64,000 bases of DNA from a virus, in IMG/VR virus record IMGVR_UViG_3300032245_001322, positions 1 through 64,000 of that record; one strand, 5' to 3'. The translations under genes and the position numbers were made by a program. Positions 38,171 through 47,431 of this stretch are shown here, in pieces. Numbering within the stretch: position 1 is the first letter of the stretch; every line of letters begins with the position of its first letter. The notes below the pieces were generated by a model. The model was given only the letters and a program-made list of their open reading frames with translations. It did not search any database and was not told where the DNA came from.

Positions 38171-38869
38171 ATGAGTATTAGAAAATATTTAGCCGATGCA
38201 CAAAGAAATGCAAACGAAGGCTTCGCAAACGCAGACGGATTTTTTGACGATGATTTGTCATTCACCGCTTCTGATGACTTTTATGGTGCTGATGCATCAT
38301 CAATGGGTGCTCCAAGTGCTCCAACTTCACAACCTTACATCGTAACAATTACTAACACAGGTTCTGCCGTTAATAATTTTGACGTATTAGGTTCATTTGA
38401 ATACATTAACAATAATGGCTTCAATGCAAGTGGTAACTTGGTAATTGGTAACGTAACGATTAGTTCTGCTATTCCAAACGTAACTTACCAACAAATGTTA
38501 TGGCAGTTCCAAAGCGTACCTTATAGCGTAGGTTTGACTTATATCCAATCTGCAACTGCAAATCAGTTGTTGGAGACTTTGTCAATCAACACTAAAGATG
38601 CGAATGGTAACATTGCACAAAAAGCGTTAATCCCAACTCTTGACCCATATCAGCAACAATCAACTGTGTTGGCTATGCGTTATGGCTATAGAATTGATGG
38701 TTACACCAAAATCATCCTTTCTTCTGTTTTAGCATCTACAACTGTTAAATTGTACTTGTACCCAAGTGACAACATTAACATGGCTCGTGGATTAAGTGGT
38801 AAAGCAGTTGCTCGTGATTTCGCATCACCAGGCATTGTACGTTCACAACCTGTTAAATTGGTAGGTTAA
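38171..38869 (+). CDS. putative major virion structural (capsid) protein
   Basis: 232-aa beta-rich protein followed by the strongest rho-independent terminator in the window. Positioned after an ATPase and before a membrane-protein run. Confidence 0.4.
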   Translation: MSIRKYLADAQRNANEGFANADGFFDDDLSFTASDDFYGADASSMGAPSAPTSQPYIVTITNTGSAVNNFDVLGSFEYINNNGFNASGNLVIGNVTISSAIPNVTYQQMLWQFQSVPYSVGLTYIQSATANQLLETLSINTKDANGNIAQKALIPTLDPYQQQSTVLAMRYGYRIDGYTKIILSSVLASTTVKLYLYPSDNINMARGLSGKAVARDFASPGIVRSQPVKLVG

Positions 38870-38892
38870 TCCTAACAATTGACTTTATAAAA

Positions 38893-38926
38893 AGGGTGGG
38901 GTGTTATCGCCCTACCCTTTTTTTTT
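38893..38926 (+). terminator. strong rho-independent terminator after putative major structural gene
   Basis: GGGTGGGGTGTTATCGCCCTACCC followed by T9. Confidence 0.75.
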
Positions 38927-38950
38927 ATCACATAAAAAAGAATTAAAACG

Positions 38951-39346
38951 ATGTATGAATATATAGCAATAAACAATCCGTATGGAGCAATGTCCGTGTT
39001 AAAATCTTATGGATTAAAAATTAGGGATAAAAGAAACCTTGGTTCGGCTTTACGCAAGTTGGTTGCCCAAGAAGGAGAACCTGCATTACGCAAGATTGCA
39101 GATTTACATCCCGATAAAGAATTAATCATGGATGTATATTCAAACGCAGACGGAGGTTGTAATTGTGGATGTCAAAACAAATCAAGTATGGGTCAAGACC
39201 TTAAATACAATTTTGTTGGAGCAGACGCAAGTACTTCAGTAAGTAACAACCAAGTAAGTGAATCTACTAAATTAGCAATGCAAACAAATGCATTTTTAAT
39301 TGTAGCAACAATAATCATCGCATCAGCAATAATCACAAGAAAATGA
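38951..39346 (+). CDS. C-terminally TM-anchored protein
   Basis: C-terminal helix AFLIVATIIIASAII; shares the FVGADAST motif. Confidence 0.5.
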   Translation: MYEYIAINNPYGAMSVLKSYGLKIRDKRNLGSALRKLVAQEGEPALRKIADLHPDKELIMDVYSNADGGCNCGCQNKSSMGQDLKYNFVGADASTSVSNNQVSESTKLAMQTNAFLIVATIIIASAIITRK

Positions 39347-39903
39347 AACAATTAACAGATAAAGAAGTTTTTTTAGTTGCAGTAGCAACTATTGACAAAA
39401 AGAAACCCGAAGTAATCGCATTGATTAACAAGTATGGTATCAAATTATCACCAAGTGCCGATTTAAAAACTATTGATTCGGCTTTTTTAACTTTGGCTAA
39501 AACGAGCAACAATTTTAGAAAAGAATTTTCTGATTTGTCAGCACAAGCATCTGCATCTTTTACAGGTGACAATGGCTTTTTTGGAGCAGACGCAACACCA
39601 AGTACTTCTACAACTACTTCTACTTCAAGTGGGGGCTTTTTAAGTAAACTTGGTGAATATCTTAGTCCCGATGTTTTCAAATCAATTGTTAACACAGGTT
39701 TAAATGTTTGGTCAGTTAAACAAACAGGTCAAAATGCACCAACTGCTCAAGGGGCTATGGATTCTGCAAGAGAAACTTATTACCAACAACAAGGCACTCA
39801 ATCTTCTGAAAAATCGGGCATGGGTGTAGGTAGCATTATTCTTTTGTCTGTAGGTGGTCTTTTGCTTTTAGGTGGTATTATTTATTTCGTAAGAAAAAAG
39901 TAA
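39343..39903 (+). CDS. C-terminally TM-anchored protein
   Basis: C-terminal GVGSIILLSVGGLLLLGGIIYFV; FFGADATPST motif. Confidence 0.5.
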   Translation: MKQLTDKEVFLVAVATIDKKKPEVIALINKYGIKLSPSADLKTIDSAFLTLAKTSNNFRKEFSDLSAQASASFTGDNGFFGADATPSTSTTTSTSSGGFLSKLGEYLSPDVFKSIVNTGLNVWSVKQTGQNAPTAQGAMDSARETYYQQQGTQSSEKSGMGVGSIILLSVGGLLLLGGIIYFVRKK

Positions 39904-39904
39904 T

Positions 39905-40021
39905 ATGGATGAGGTAAAATTTAAAGAATTAGAAACCAAAGTAAATATGCTTTACAATACGCACAAAGTTGCGATTATTGTTTTGGCAGTTGCTTTAGGA
40001 GTATATCTAATAAAAAAGTAA
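39905..40021 (+). CDS. small TM protein (38 aa)
   Basis: Below cutoff. Confidence 0.3.
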   Translation: MDEVKFKELETKVNMLYNTHKVAIIVLAVALGVYLIKK

Positions 40022-40025
40022 ACCT

Positions 40026-40250
40026 ATGAATGAATTTGAAGATGCATTAGATAACGTAAAAAGCATTAAGGAAACAAATAATCATGATTCTTTTATGTCA
40101 ACTGCTAAACAAACCATAAAAGGAAGTGCAGTTGGTGCTATTGCAGGTTTGATGTTCGCATGGTACAAACAAAAAAATCTCTACGTTTATGGCTTTTTAG
40201 GGGCTATAGGTGGTGGAGCAATTAACTATTTTTTAATAGGGAAAAAATGA
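40026..40250 (+). CDS. small TM protein
   Basis: Gly-rich hydrophobic helices. Confidence 0.5.
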   Translation: MNEFEDALDNVKSIKETNNHDSFMSTAKQTIKGSAVGAIAGLMFAWYKQKNLYVYGFLGAIGGGAINYFLIGKK

Positions 40251-40447
40251 AAACAGAACACATAATTACAGGAATAGTAGTTTTAGGCATAGCCTATTTA
40301 ATTTTCAAGCCTAAAAATGACAAGGTTCTTGATACTGCAAAAGTAACCGAGGAGAGTACATTGTCGTTTGACGCTATTGACGATTCTATGGCAGATATGT
40401 CACAAAAGAATATTTTCAAAAGTAAAGCAAGATTTAATTTAAGATAA
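40247..40447 (+). CDS. small N-terminally TM-anchored protein
   Basis: ATGA overlap. Confidence 0.5.
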   Translation: MKTEHIITGIVVLGIAYLIFKPKNDKVLDTAKVTEESTLSFDAIDDSMADMSQKNIFKSKARFNLR

Positions 40448-40448
40448 A

Positions 40449-41054
40449 ATGAAAACTATAACAAAAGTAGCATTAGTAGTCGGTGGATTAATTATTGCAA
40501 ATAAATTATTGTCAAAGCCAAAAGGAACAACAACTGCAACCGAAGAAGGTGAAGAACCCACTTCGGGTGGTGGTGGAGGTGGTGGATTTCCAATAATTCC
40601 TGCTTTAGGAATACCAATTTTACCTTTAGGTATTCCGATTAGTAAAACAGAAGAACAAATAAAGGCTGAAGCAGATGCAAAAATTAAAGCAGAAGCCGAA
40701 GCAAAAGCAAAAGCCGTTTTGGATAGCGTTCAACAAAAAATAAAAGATATGCAAAAGGCAACTGCTACAACAACTGTGACTCCTGCTTCGGGCACTATTG
40801 GAGACCAATTAGGCATAGGAACAACTTCTGGAACTTCTACGGGAGCAACCACGGGAACTTCTACGGGAACAACTACGGGAACTTCTACGGGAACAACTAC
40901 GGGAACTTCTACGGGTGGTATCTTAGGAGGAACGGGTACAACAACAACTTCGGGGTCAACAGTAACTCGTATGGGTGCTCCAACTCCAATTGGAGGGGTA
41001 ATTCCTTTTGATGGAACAATTGAAACATTAAGACGAAAACCAAATTTTAGATAA
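40449..41054 (+). CDS. N-TM protein with KAEAEAKAKA coiled-coil and (GTSTGTTT)n repeats
   Basis: Tandem 24-nt repeats at 40823..40916 encode a Gly/Thr/Ser-rich segment. Confidence 0.55.
   Translation: MKTITKVALVVGGLIIANKLLSKPKGTTTATEEGEEPTSGGGGGGGFPIIPALGIPILPLGIPISKTEEQIKAEADAKIKAEAEAKAKAVLDSVQQKIKDMQKATATTTVTPASGTIGDQLGIGTTSGTSTGATTGTSTGTTTGTSTGTTTGTSTGGILGGTGTTTTSGSTVTRMGAPTPIGGVIPFDGTIETLRRKPNFR
40823..40916 (+). repeat. in-frame tandem 24-nt repeat (ACGGGAACTTCTACGGGAACAACT, about 3.5 copies)
   Basis: Direct reading; encodes (GTSTGTTT)n. Confidence 0.7.
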
Positions 41055-41641
41055 TGGAAAGTAAAAACATAATTATTGGGGTTGGCGTTTTAGCCATTGG
41101 TGGGTATTTAGCATATAAATACTTTAAAAAGCCTACGGGTCAAGAAAATGAAAATTCTGAAAACGAAAGTGCTAATTCAACAAAAAATCAAACTGCTCAA
41201 GAAGTAACATCTCAAGGATTAAAATTGGGAGAAACTAAAGAAAAAATTCAAGAAGTTGCAGATGTTAAACCATCATCAAGTACGACAACTATGGCAGGTG
41301 GAAATACCCCTGTTAAAGGCATTACTATTGACCCAAATAAAATATCTTCTTCAAAAGCACCTTTTGTAAATGCAAAAATTATGAAAGATATTAACAAGAA
41401 AATTTTAACAGGTCAAATAGTTCCTTTGTTTAAAAAAGGAGATATTGTTAGTGTTGCAAATACTTTTGGAGATTCAACTGAAACTTATGTTGAAGGCAAT
41501 ACATCATTAAAATTAAAATGGGATGTTGATGTATATTTCCCAAGAAGTGGAAGTAAAATAAATACTGCAAGTGGAGTAGGTGGAGCACCTCAATTTGATG
41601 GTGGCAAAACCAAAGGACATAATTTCCCTTATTTTTATTAA
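41054..41641 (+). CDS. N-terminally TM-anchored protein
   Basis: Hydrophobic N-terminus. Confidence 0.5.
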   Translation: MESKNIIIGVGVLAIGGYLAYKYFKKPTGQENENSENESANSTKNQTAQEVTSQGLKLGETKEKIQEVADVKPSSSTTTMAGGNTPVKGITIDPNKISSSKAPFVNAKIMKDINKKILTGQIVPLFKKGDIVSVANTFGDSTETYVEGNTSLKLKWDVDVYFPRSGSKINTASGVGGAPQFDGGKTKGHNFPYFY

Positions 41642-41650
41642 TTTTACAAA

Positions 41651-41908
41651 ATGATTAGTGCTAATAAAATATATAAAGAAAGTGGTTCTTCTTTGCCTTT
41701 TAAAGATTGGTTGGAGAGAGAAAAGAATAAAGGACATTTTATTCCTAACGCTCAAGCATTAAAAGAATTCCAAAATTTTGATGGTGAAGAAAGCACGGAA
41801 ACAAATATCAAAGGCGAATTTATCGGAAGCAATGTAATGAGAAATACTTTGATTGTTTTAGGTTTAGGAATTGGAATATATTTATTTTATAAATTACAGA
41901 CACAATGA
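41651..41908 (+). CDS. C-terminally TM-anchored protein
   Basis: Hydrophobic C-terminus. Confidence 0.5.
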   Translation: MISANKIYKESGSSLPFKDWLEREKNKGHFIPNAQALKEFQNFDGEESTETNIKGEFIGSNVMRNTLIVLGLGIGIYLFYKLQTQ

Positions 41909-42126
41909 GTTTAACAAATAAGCAATTAGCATGTATTGGTATTGGAATTATTTGCGTAATTATTATTTATGCAAATAGGGGAAATTTGCCACTTCCTAAA
42001 GAGCCATTAAATGCTGATGGTGATGGTGTTAACGCAATTGATAAAGCAATTGCACTATTAAAGAGTGGGCAAATTAAAGTAAATGAAATGCCCGATAACG
42101 TAAAGCAACAATTGAATGAAGTATAA
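41905..42126 (+). CDS. N-terminally TM-anchored protein
   Basis: Hydrophobic N-terminus. Confidence 0.5.
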   Translation: MSLTNKQLACIGIGIICVIIIYANRGNLPLPKEPLNADGDGVNAIDKAIALLKSGQIKVNEMPDNVKQQLNEV

Positions 42127-42901
42127 AATAACAACAAACTACGCTCCTTTAACTTTGGCAGTTACTTTAAAAACAAGTAAACCTACCAAGTTGCAATTGT
42201 GTGTGTATGATGCAACGGACAAGACAAGAAAATTTACCGATAGATACAAAACTATCAATGGTGAAGAAACTTTGTATGTCCGTATGCCATTATCACCCGA
42301 AGTTGCAGTAGTTGAAGTTTATAATTGTGCACTTGGTAAGAATATACCAAGAGAACAAGAAAAATCATTCGAAATAGTAAGTGTTCGAAAAACACCTTTA
42401 GAAAGAAGGTTGGATGAGAACGATATGGGAAATGCGTTAATTAAGAGTTTTGTGGATTTTTCACAAAAATTTGCATTTAACCTTGGAGAATTGACCCCAA
42501 ACACCTATAAAAGTGACGATAATCGCTATTTTATACGATTAAGTCAACAAATAAAAGGTCAAGATGGAAAAGTCTTAAATACACCTGCAAGAGTAGGTAG
42601 GAAAACAGGAATTATTGAAGTCTCTAAAGAAGAGTTTCAAAAAATGACTATTCCAATGAGATTAGCAATTCTATTTCATGAATTTTCTCATTATTACTTA
42701 AATGAACAAATAAATGATGAAATGGAAGCAGATTTGAATGGTTTATTGATTTATTTGTCTTTGGGTTATCCAAGGATTGAAGCATATCAAGCATTCTTGG
42801 AAACTTTCCAAGGAAGACCTTCAAAATTAAACAAGGAAAGAGCCGATTTGATTGATAAATTTATCAATGATTTCGACAAATTAAATATGGTAATTAAATA
42901 A
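42116..42901 (+). CDS. putative zinc metallopeptidase (HExxH)
   Basis: AILFHEFSHYYLNE contains HEFSH. Confidence 0.45.
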   Translation: MKYKITTNYAPLTLAVTLKTSKPTKLQLCVYDATDKTRKFTDRYKTINGEETLYVRMPLSPEVAVVEVYNCALGKNIPREQEKSFEIVSVRKTPLERRLDENDMGNALIKSFVDFSQKFAFNLGELTPNTYKSDDNRYFIRLSQQIKGQDGKVLNTPARVGRKTGIIEVSKEEFQKMTIPMRLAILFHEFSHYYLNEQINDEMEADLNGLLIYLSLGYPRIEAYQAFLETFQGRPSKLNKERADLIDKFINDFDKLNMVIK

Positions 42902-42908
42902 GTAAAAA

Positions 42909-43358
42909 ATGGTAGTAACAACTTGGAATGTAGTTCCCGATTATGATGCTTGGGGTTCAGATACTTCTTGGACTTGTGACAATTGGATTCAATGGCACAA
43001 AGAACTAAAGAAGCGTTTTGGTGGTGATAAAGCCAATGCTATTTGGAACTATGCATATTCACTTCAAAGTGATGGTGCAAGAGCATTAGATTGCAGAACA
43101 TTTAACACGGCATTTAGGAAATATATGACTGAGGAATCATTAGACCCGTATGCGAGTGCAGGAGTTTTTGCATTAGTTTTAAAACCAATTGGTGCAGGTA
43201 CGGATTTAGTAGATTCGGCTTCAAATTTGATTACGAATATTGGTCAAGGAATTAGTGGTTTTTTTAGTGGAAACATGATTAAAACCATCGTAACAATTGG
43301 TGTAGTTGGAGTTGTTGGATATTATGGTTACAAGTTTTATAAATCTACACAATCATGA
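42909..43358 (+). CDS. C-terminally TM-anchored protein
   Basis: Hydrophobic C-terminus. Confidence 0.5.
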   Translation: MVVTTWNVVPDYDAWGSDTSWTCDNWIQWHKELKKRFGGDKANAIWNYAYSLQSDGARALDCRTFNTAFRKYMTEESLDPYASAGVFALVLKPIGAGTDLVDSASNLITNIGQGISGFFSGNMIKTIVTIGVVGVVGYYGYKFYKSTQS

Positions 43359-43528
43359 AAAAAGAAACTTGGGTAAAAATAGGGATAATAAGTGCAGTCG
43401 CTATTGTTGGAGTTATCATTATAACAAAAAACAAAGAAACGGCTAAGTATGGTGGAAAAACTAAAGAAGAGTTTGACGCTGAAGAAATAAAAAAATTAGT
43501 TGACGCAATAGATAAAGCCAAAAAATGA
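43355..43528 (+). CDS. small N-TM protein (57 aa)
   Basis: Below cutoff; ATGA overlaps on both sides. Confidence 0.35.
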   Translation: MKKETWVKIGIISAVAIVGVIIITKNKETAKYGGKTKEEFDAEEIKKLVDAIDKAKK

Positions 43529-44055
43529 AAAAAGAATATTTAATATATGGTGGACTTGGAGTAGTTGTTTTGATTGCTTTGTATTATGCAACTAAAGACA
43601 CGCCAAAAGGAGACACTTCTGAAGATGAAGGACAAACTGTAAGTGATATTGAACAAGGTTCAGATAAAACAAAAGAGCAAATAAAATTAGACCCTGCTTT
43701 AGCAAATATTTTTAAATCTCCAACTTGGAATAAAGATATAATTGGTAAAAAGGTTTATTCTAAAATTGCCGATATAAAACTTAGAGATAACGAATTGGTT
43801 AATGATGGATTAATTAACAATATTTATGGTGTTGTATCTAAAGCAGGTACATATCTCGGTGATGTTGTTGGTGCTTATTATGATAGAGGTGGTGCAATAA
43901 ATCCCGAAAGTAAAGTAAAATATAAGTGGGTTAAAATTAAATTAACTGATGCAGTTTATAAAGAAGTTCAAAGTGAAAAAAGTTTTTTAACTAAGGATTT
44001 GTTCAAAATACCAAATGTTTACAAATATGTTAGGGAGGATGTAATTAAATTATGA
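43525..44055 (+). CDS. N-terminally TM-anchored protein
   Basis: Hydrophobic N-terminus. Confidence 0.5.
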   Translation: MKKEYLIYGGLGVVVLIALYYATKDTPKGDTSEDEGQTVSDIEQGSDKTKEQIKLDPALANIFKSPTWNKDIIGKKVYSKIADIKLRDNELVNDGLINNIYGVVSKAGTYLGDVVGAYYDRGGAINPESKVKYKWVKIKLTDAVYKEVQSEKSFLTKDLFKIPNVYKYVREDVIKL

Positions 44056-44450
44056 AAAATAAAAAATTAATTTATGGCACTATTATCGTGCTTGGAATAT
44101 ATGTGCTTTACAAAATGTTCAAAAGTGATAGTCCGATTGTTTTAGTTGCAGGTGGTGGTATTGATAAAACACCTTACGACCCAAATGAAGATATGTCAAA
44201 ATACAAATCAAATTCATTTGACCCTATTGCTGAAGCAATTAAAGATGGAATTTTCGAAACTAAAGTTATGTTATTCCAAAATAAATTGAATAAAGTTTTA
44301 GCACAAAAATATCCGAACGAACCTCAATTAATAGCAGATGGTCGTTTGGGTGACAAAACTTTAAAAGCAATTATCAGAGTTTTTGGTGATAGAATGTTGC
44401 CAATAGTAAGCAAACAACAAGTTGAATTTTTAAGTAATCAATTAAAATAA
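44052..44450 (+). CDS. N-TM protein with peptidoglycan-binding-like domain
   Basis: LNKVLAQKYPNEPQLIADGRLGDKTLKAI resembles PG_binding_1. Confidence 0.45.
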   Translation: MKNKKLIYGTIIVLGIYVLYKMFKSDSPIVLVAGGGIDKTPYDPNEDMSKYKSNSFDPIAEAIKDGIFETKVMLFQNKLNKVLAQKYPNEPQLIADGRLGDKTLKAIIRVFGDRMLPIVSKQQVEFLSNQLK

Positions 44451-44451
44451 A

Positions 44452-45000
44452 ATGGAAATAGATGTATTTTACCAAAATGATGATATGTCTTTTGGATTTG
44501 ACGGAATGTCAAAATTAGATAAAAATGCTTTTGCTTTTGCAAAAAAAGCACAATATGGATTTTCCGATGTAGATTATTCGTATGCTGATGGCAAACCCGA
44601 TGGAAGTTGGGGAAGTAGACAACAAGAAGCATATAAAGGAAGATTTGAAGGATGGAAAAAAAGTTATAGAACAGATTGTACTATGCTTGAAAAATATATT
44701 AACAATTGCAAAAAACAAATCAAAAAAGATGAAGATGATTATTTAACTGCAAGTGTTGATAGAAAAAGAGTTATTAATGATTACATTCAAGGTTCAAAAT
44801 ATGCTTTATCTGAATTAGAAGGATATTATGATAAAGCAGAATGTTTGATAAAAAAAACTAAAGAAGAAGAACAAAATTATCAAAATGAATTATTAAATGC
44901 AAAAGGCAATTCTAAAATTGGTACTTTTGTATTAATAGGTTCAATTGTGGTTTTGGTTGGAGTAGTTGGATTTTTGGCTTATAGGAGATTTAACAAATGA
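44452..45000 (+). CDS. C-terminally TM-anchored protein
   Basis: Hydrophobic C-terminus. Confidence 0.5.
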   Translation: MEIDVFYQNDDMSFGFDGMSKLDKNAFAFAKKAQYGFSDVDYSYADGKPDGSWGSRQQEAYKGRFEGWKKSYRTDCTMLEKYINNCKKQIKKDEDDYLTASVDRKRVINDYIQGSKYALSELEGYYDKAECLIKKTKEEEQNYQNELLNAKGNSKIGTFVLIGSIVVLVGVVGFLAYRRFNK

Positions 45001-45851
45001 AAAATATAAATAAACAATTAGGGGCAACTGTACGAAGAAATGTAACCCCAATAGGTATGTTTAAAAGTCGGAATGGCTTTTTAAATTTAGAAGGTTCTTA
45101 CGCTTATTCAAATATTAATTTGAGTGGGTTGGAAGATATTGACAAAAATGGCGATTTTCAAAAAAGAGTCATGGCTATGGTTGATGAATTAAAAAATTCT
45201 AAAGGATATAAAATTAATGAATCAATTGATGATGACACTTTAGATAGCCAAATGAACGAAGTTCAATCGTATGCAAATAACGAAGGGAATAAAGCATTAC
45301 AAACTAAATCAAGACTTCAAAAAGATTATGGAAAACAATTTGGAAGTGCTTTAAAATCAGAATTAAATGGATGGTTAAAAAGTGGTGCAAATGGTCAATG
45401 GAATGATTTATTCAATCAATACCAATTAGCAAATGCTTTGAGCATTATTGCAGTTTCCATGAAAAAAGAACTTGATTTAAGGCAAAAAATTAGTGATAGA
45501 ATTAATTCTGCGATTAAAGAAGGTGATTTAACTTTAATTAAAAGTTTAGAAAACGAGTATCGCACTATTGAACAAAAGAAACAAATTAAGGATGCTATTT
45601 TATTTGCTGAAGCACAAGAAAAAAAGAAAGAAGAGGAACGCTTAAAGCAACAAAAATTAGATGAACTAAATAGCAAGTTAGCAAACGCAAAAACGGCTGA
45701 AGAAAGACAAGCAATTGCTTCTCAAATTTCCAATCTTACAGGTAGCGTAGCATCTCAGTTTGGCATTCCTAAAGGGATGATTTATTTTGGGATTGGTATT
45801 GCAGTTGTAGTTGGTGTTTGGATTACAATTAGAGCAATTAGAAAAGACTAA
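44997..45851 (+). CDS. C-terminally TM-anchored coiled-coil protein
   Basis: C-terminal GIGIAVVVGVWITI. Confidence 0.5.
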   Translation: MKNINKQLGATVRRNVTPIGMFKSRNGFLNLEGSYAYSNINLSGLEDIDKNGDFQKRVMAMVDELKNSKGYKINESIDDDTLDSQMNEVQSYANNEGNKALQTKSRLQKDYGKQFGSALKSELNGWLKSGANGQWNDLFNQYQLANALSIIAVSMKKELDLRQKISDRINSAIKEGDLTLIKSLENEYRTIEQKKQIKDAILFAEAQEKKKEEERLKQQKLDELNSKLANAKTAEERQAIASQISNLTGSVASQFGIPKGMIYFGIGIAVVVGVWITIRAIRKD

Positions 45852-45852
45852 A

Positions 45853-46356
45853 ATGGATAAAACAAGTAAATTTTTATTGGCAGTTGGTGGGGGCTTGGGT
45901 GCTTTTGCTATATTCCGTTATGTGTACAAAACAATTTCATTGGCTCAAAGAATGGAATTGCAATATGAAGGATTCATTATAAAAACTATTACCCCCGAAT
46001 TATCGGGAGTAGTAACTATGAATATTTTAAATAAATCTGATTTAACATTAACGATTAAGAATGTCGATATAAAATTATTTGCAGGTACTGCCGAAGTTGG
46101 AAGTTTAGTTCAACCAAGAGAATTAAGCATTTTGCCTAATGGTAAGTCTTTGATAAGATTAAATATAAATGTTAATTATCAAAGTGTTATAGATGGTTTT
46201 GGTCAAATCAAAAATGCAATTAAATCAACAAATGATTTGCCAATAGATATTATTGGTAATGCAGATGTTAAATCAATTTTTGGTTGGGTTAAAATGCCAT
46301 TAAAATATTCTACAAGTGGTAAAGATTTAAAAGCACTTTACGACCAATATTATTAA
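45853..46356 (+). CDS. N-terminally TM-anchored protein
   Basis: Track start 45811 is TTG; ATG at 45853. Confidence 0.5.
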   Translation: MDKTSKFLLAVGGGLGAFAIFRYVYKTISLAQRMELQYEGFIIKTITPELSGVVTMNILNKSDLTLTIKNVDIKLFAGTAEVGSLVQPRELSILPNGKSLIRLNINVNYQSVIDGFGQIKNAIKSTNDLPIDIIGNADVKSIFGWVKMPLKYSTSGKDLKALYDQYY

Positions 46357-46357
46357 A

Positions 46358-46924
46358 ATGTCAGCAACTCAAGATTATATTAGTAAGCACATAGGAGATG
46401 TTATGTTAGCAGTTCAAGGGAGTAAAATATTCCCCGAAGTTGCTATATCTCAAAGTGCTTTGGAAAGTTCTTGGGGGAAATCGTTACTTGCAAGTAAATA
46501 CAATAACTACTTTGGAATTAAAGCAAGTCCCGATTGGAAAGGCGAAACAATAACTTTAAAAACTGATGAAGTTTACAATGGTGTAAAAAGCAATATAAGT
46601 GGGACTTTTAGAGTTTATGATTCTTTTTTGGATTCAGTTAGAGATTATGTTAAATTTTTAACTGAAAATCCAAGATATACTTCGGGTGGAGTGTTTAATG
46701 CAATTTCGCCCGAAGAACAAATCAAAAGATTAAAAGAGTCGGGATATGCTACAGGTTTAGACTATACTCAAATCGTTATAAATGTTTTAAAATCGAATAG
46801 AGATTACATTCAAGACAAAATTACGGATTATTTAAAAAACCAACCTGCAAAAGCATTGTTAGTAATTTTATTGTTTGCAGGGGTTGTGTATAGCGTATAT
46901 AAGTTGTCAAAATTGAATAAATAA
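46358..46924 (+). CDS. membrane-anchored glucosaminidase (FlgJ-type PG hydrolase)
   Basis: AISQSALESSWGKSLLASKYNNYFGIKA is the glucosaminidase-domain signature. C-terminal TM helix. Confidence 0.7.
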   Translation: MSATQDYISKHIGDVMLAVQGSKIFPEVAISQSALESSWGKSLLASKYNNYFGIKASPDWKGETITLKTDEVYNGVKSNISGTFRVYDSFLDSVRDYVKFLTENPRYTSGGVFNAISPEEQIKRLKESGYATGLDYTQIVINVLKSNRDYIQDKITDYLKNQPAKALLVILLFAGVVYSVYKLSKLNK

Positions 46925-46938
46925 CATATTTTTGTAAT

Positions 46939-47325
46939 ATGTTAGTTGGCAGAATTAAAAAAGACTTTCTCAATGGAGTCAATAAAATCGCATTAAAAAA
47001 ACAATGCAACATTGAACAAATTCAGATAAAATTAACCTTTGGTGAAAGTCAAGAAAATCCAATAGTTTACACTTTGTGTCAAGATTGGAAACCTTACGAA
47101 GTAAGTACTTACAAGGCTATCATGGACAAAAAATTTGACTTCATTGGTGAGGAAAGTCTTGTTACGCCTTATTTAATTCATTCCATGGCTACAAAGATGC
47201 AAGAGATTGGTGCTGAACCACATCAGTTCTCTGCTTACTTGCAAGAGTTTAAAGGCACAATTATGGTTGCTTTGTTTAAAGGAGTGAATTGCATTAAAAC
47301 TTTACCTATTGAACAATTGTTCTGA
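46939..47325 (+). CDS. hypothetical protein
   Basis: ORF. Confidence 0.5.
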   Translation: MLVGRIKKDFLNGVNKIALKKQCNIEQIQIKLTFGESQENPIVYTLCQDWKPYEVSTYKAIMDKKFDFIGEESLVTPYLIHSMATKMQEIGAEPHQFSAYLQEFKGTIMVALFKGVNCIKTLPIEQLF

Positions 47326-47431
47326 TTATATTTTTATATAATTTTTACCTAAAATAACACTTATTGTTTTTATTGATTTTAAAGTATAAATTTGCGTAAG
47401 CCCAAAAGGGCTTAAATGTTTATTGTTAAAA

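Noticed and set aside
39333-39695. Minus ORF 39333..39695
   Set aside because: Antisense to the TM-anchored gene 39343..39903.
40823-40916. Tandem repeats considered as a possible CRISPR array
   Set aside because: 24-nt units are in-frame coding repeats without spacers; no cas genes nearby (Cas4-like gene at 50198 is a RecT partner).
47396-47411. Hairpin AAGCCCAAAAGGGCTT as terminator
   Set aside because: Not followed by a T-tract and lies downstream of a TAAATTTG -7 box; more likely a 5'-UTR structure.
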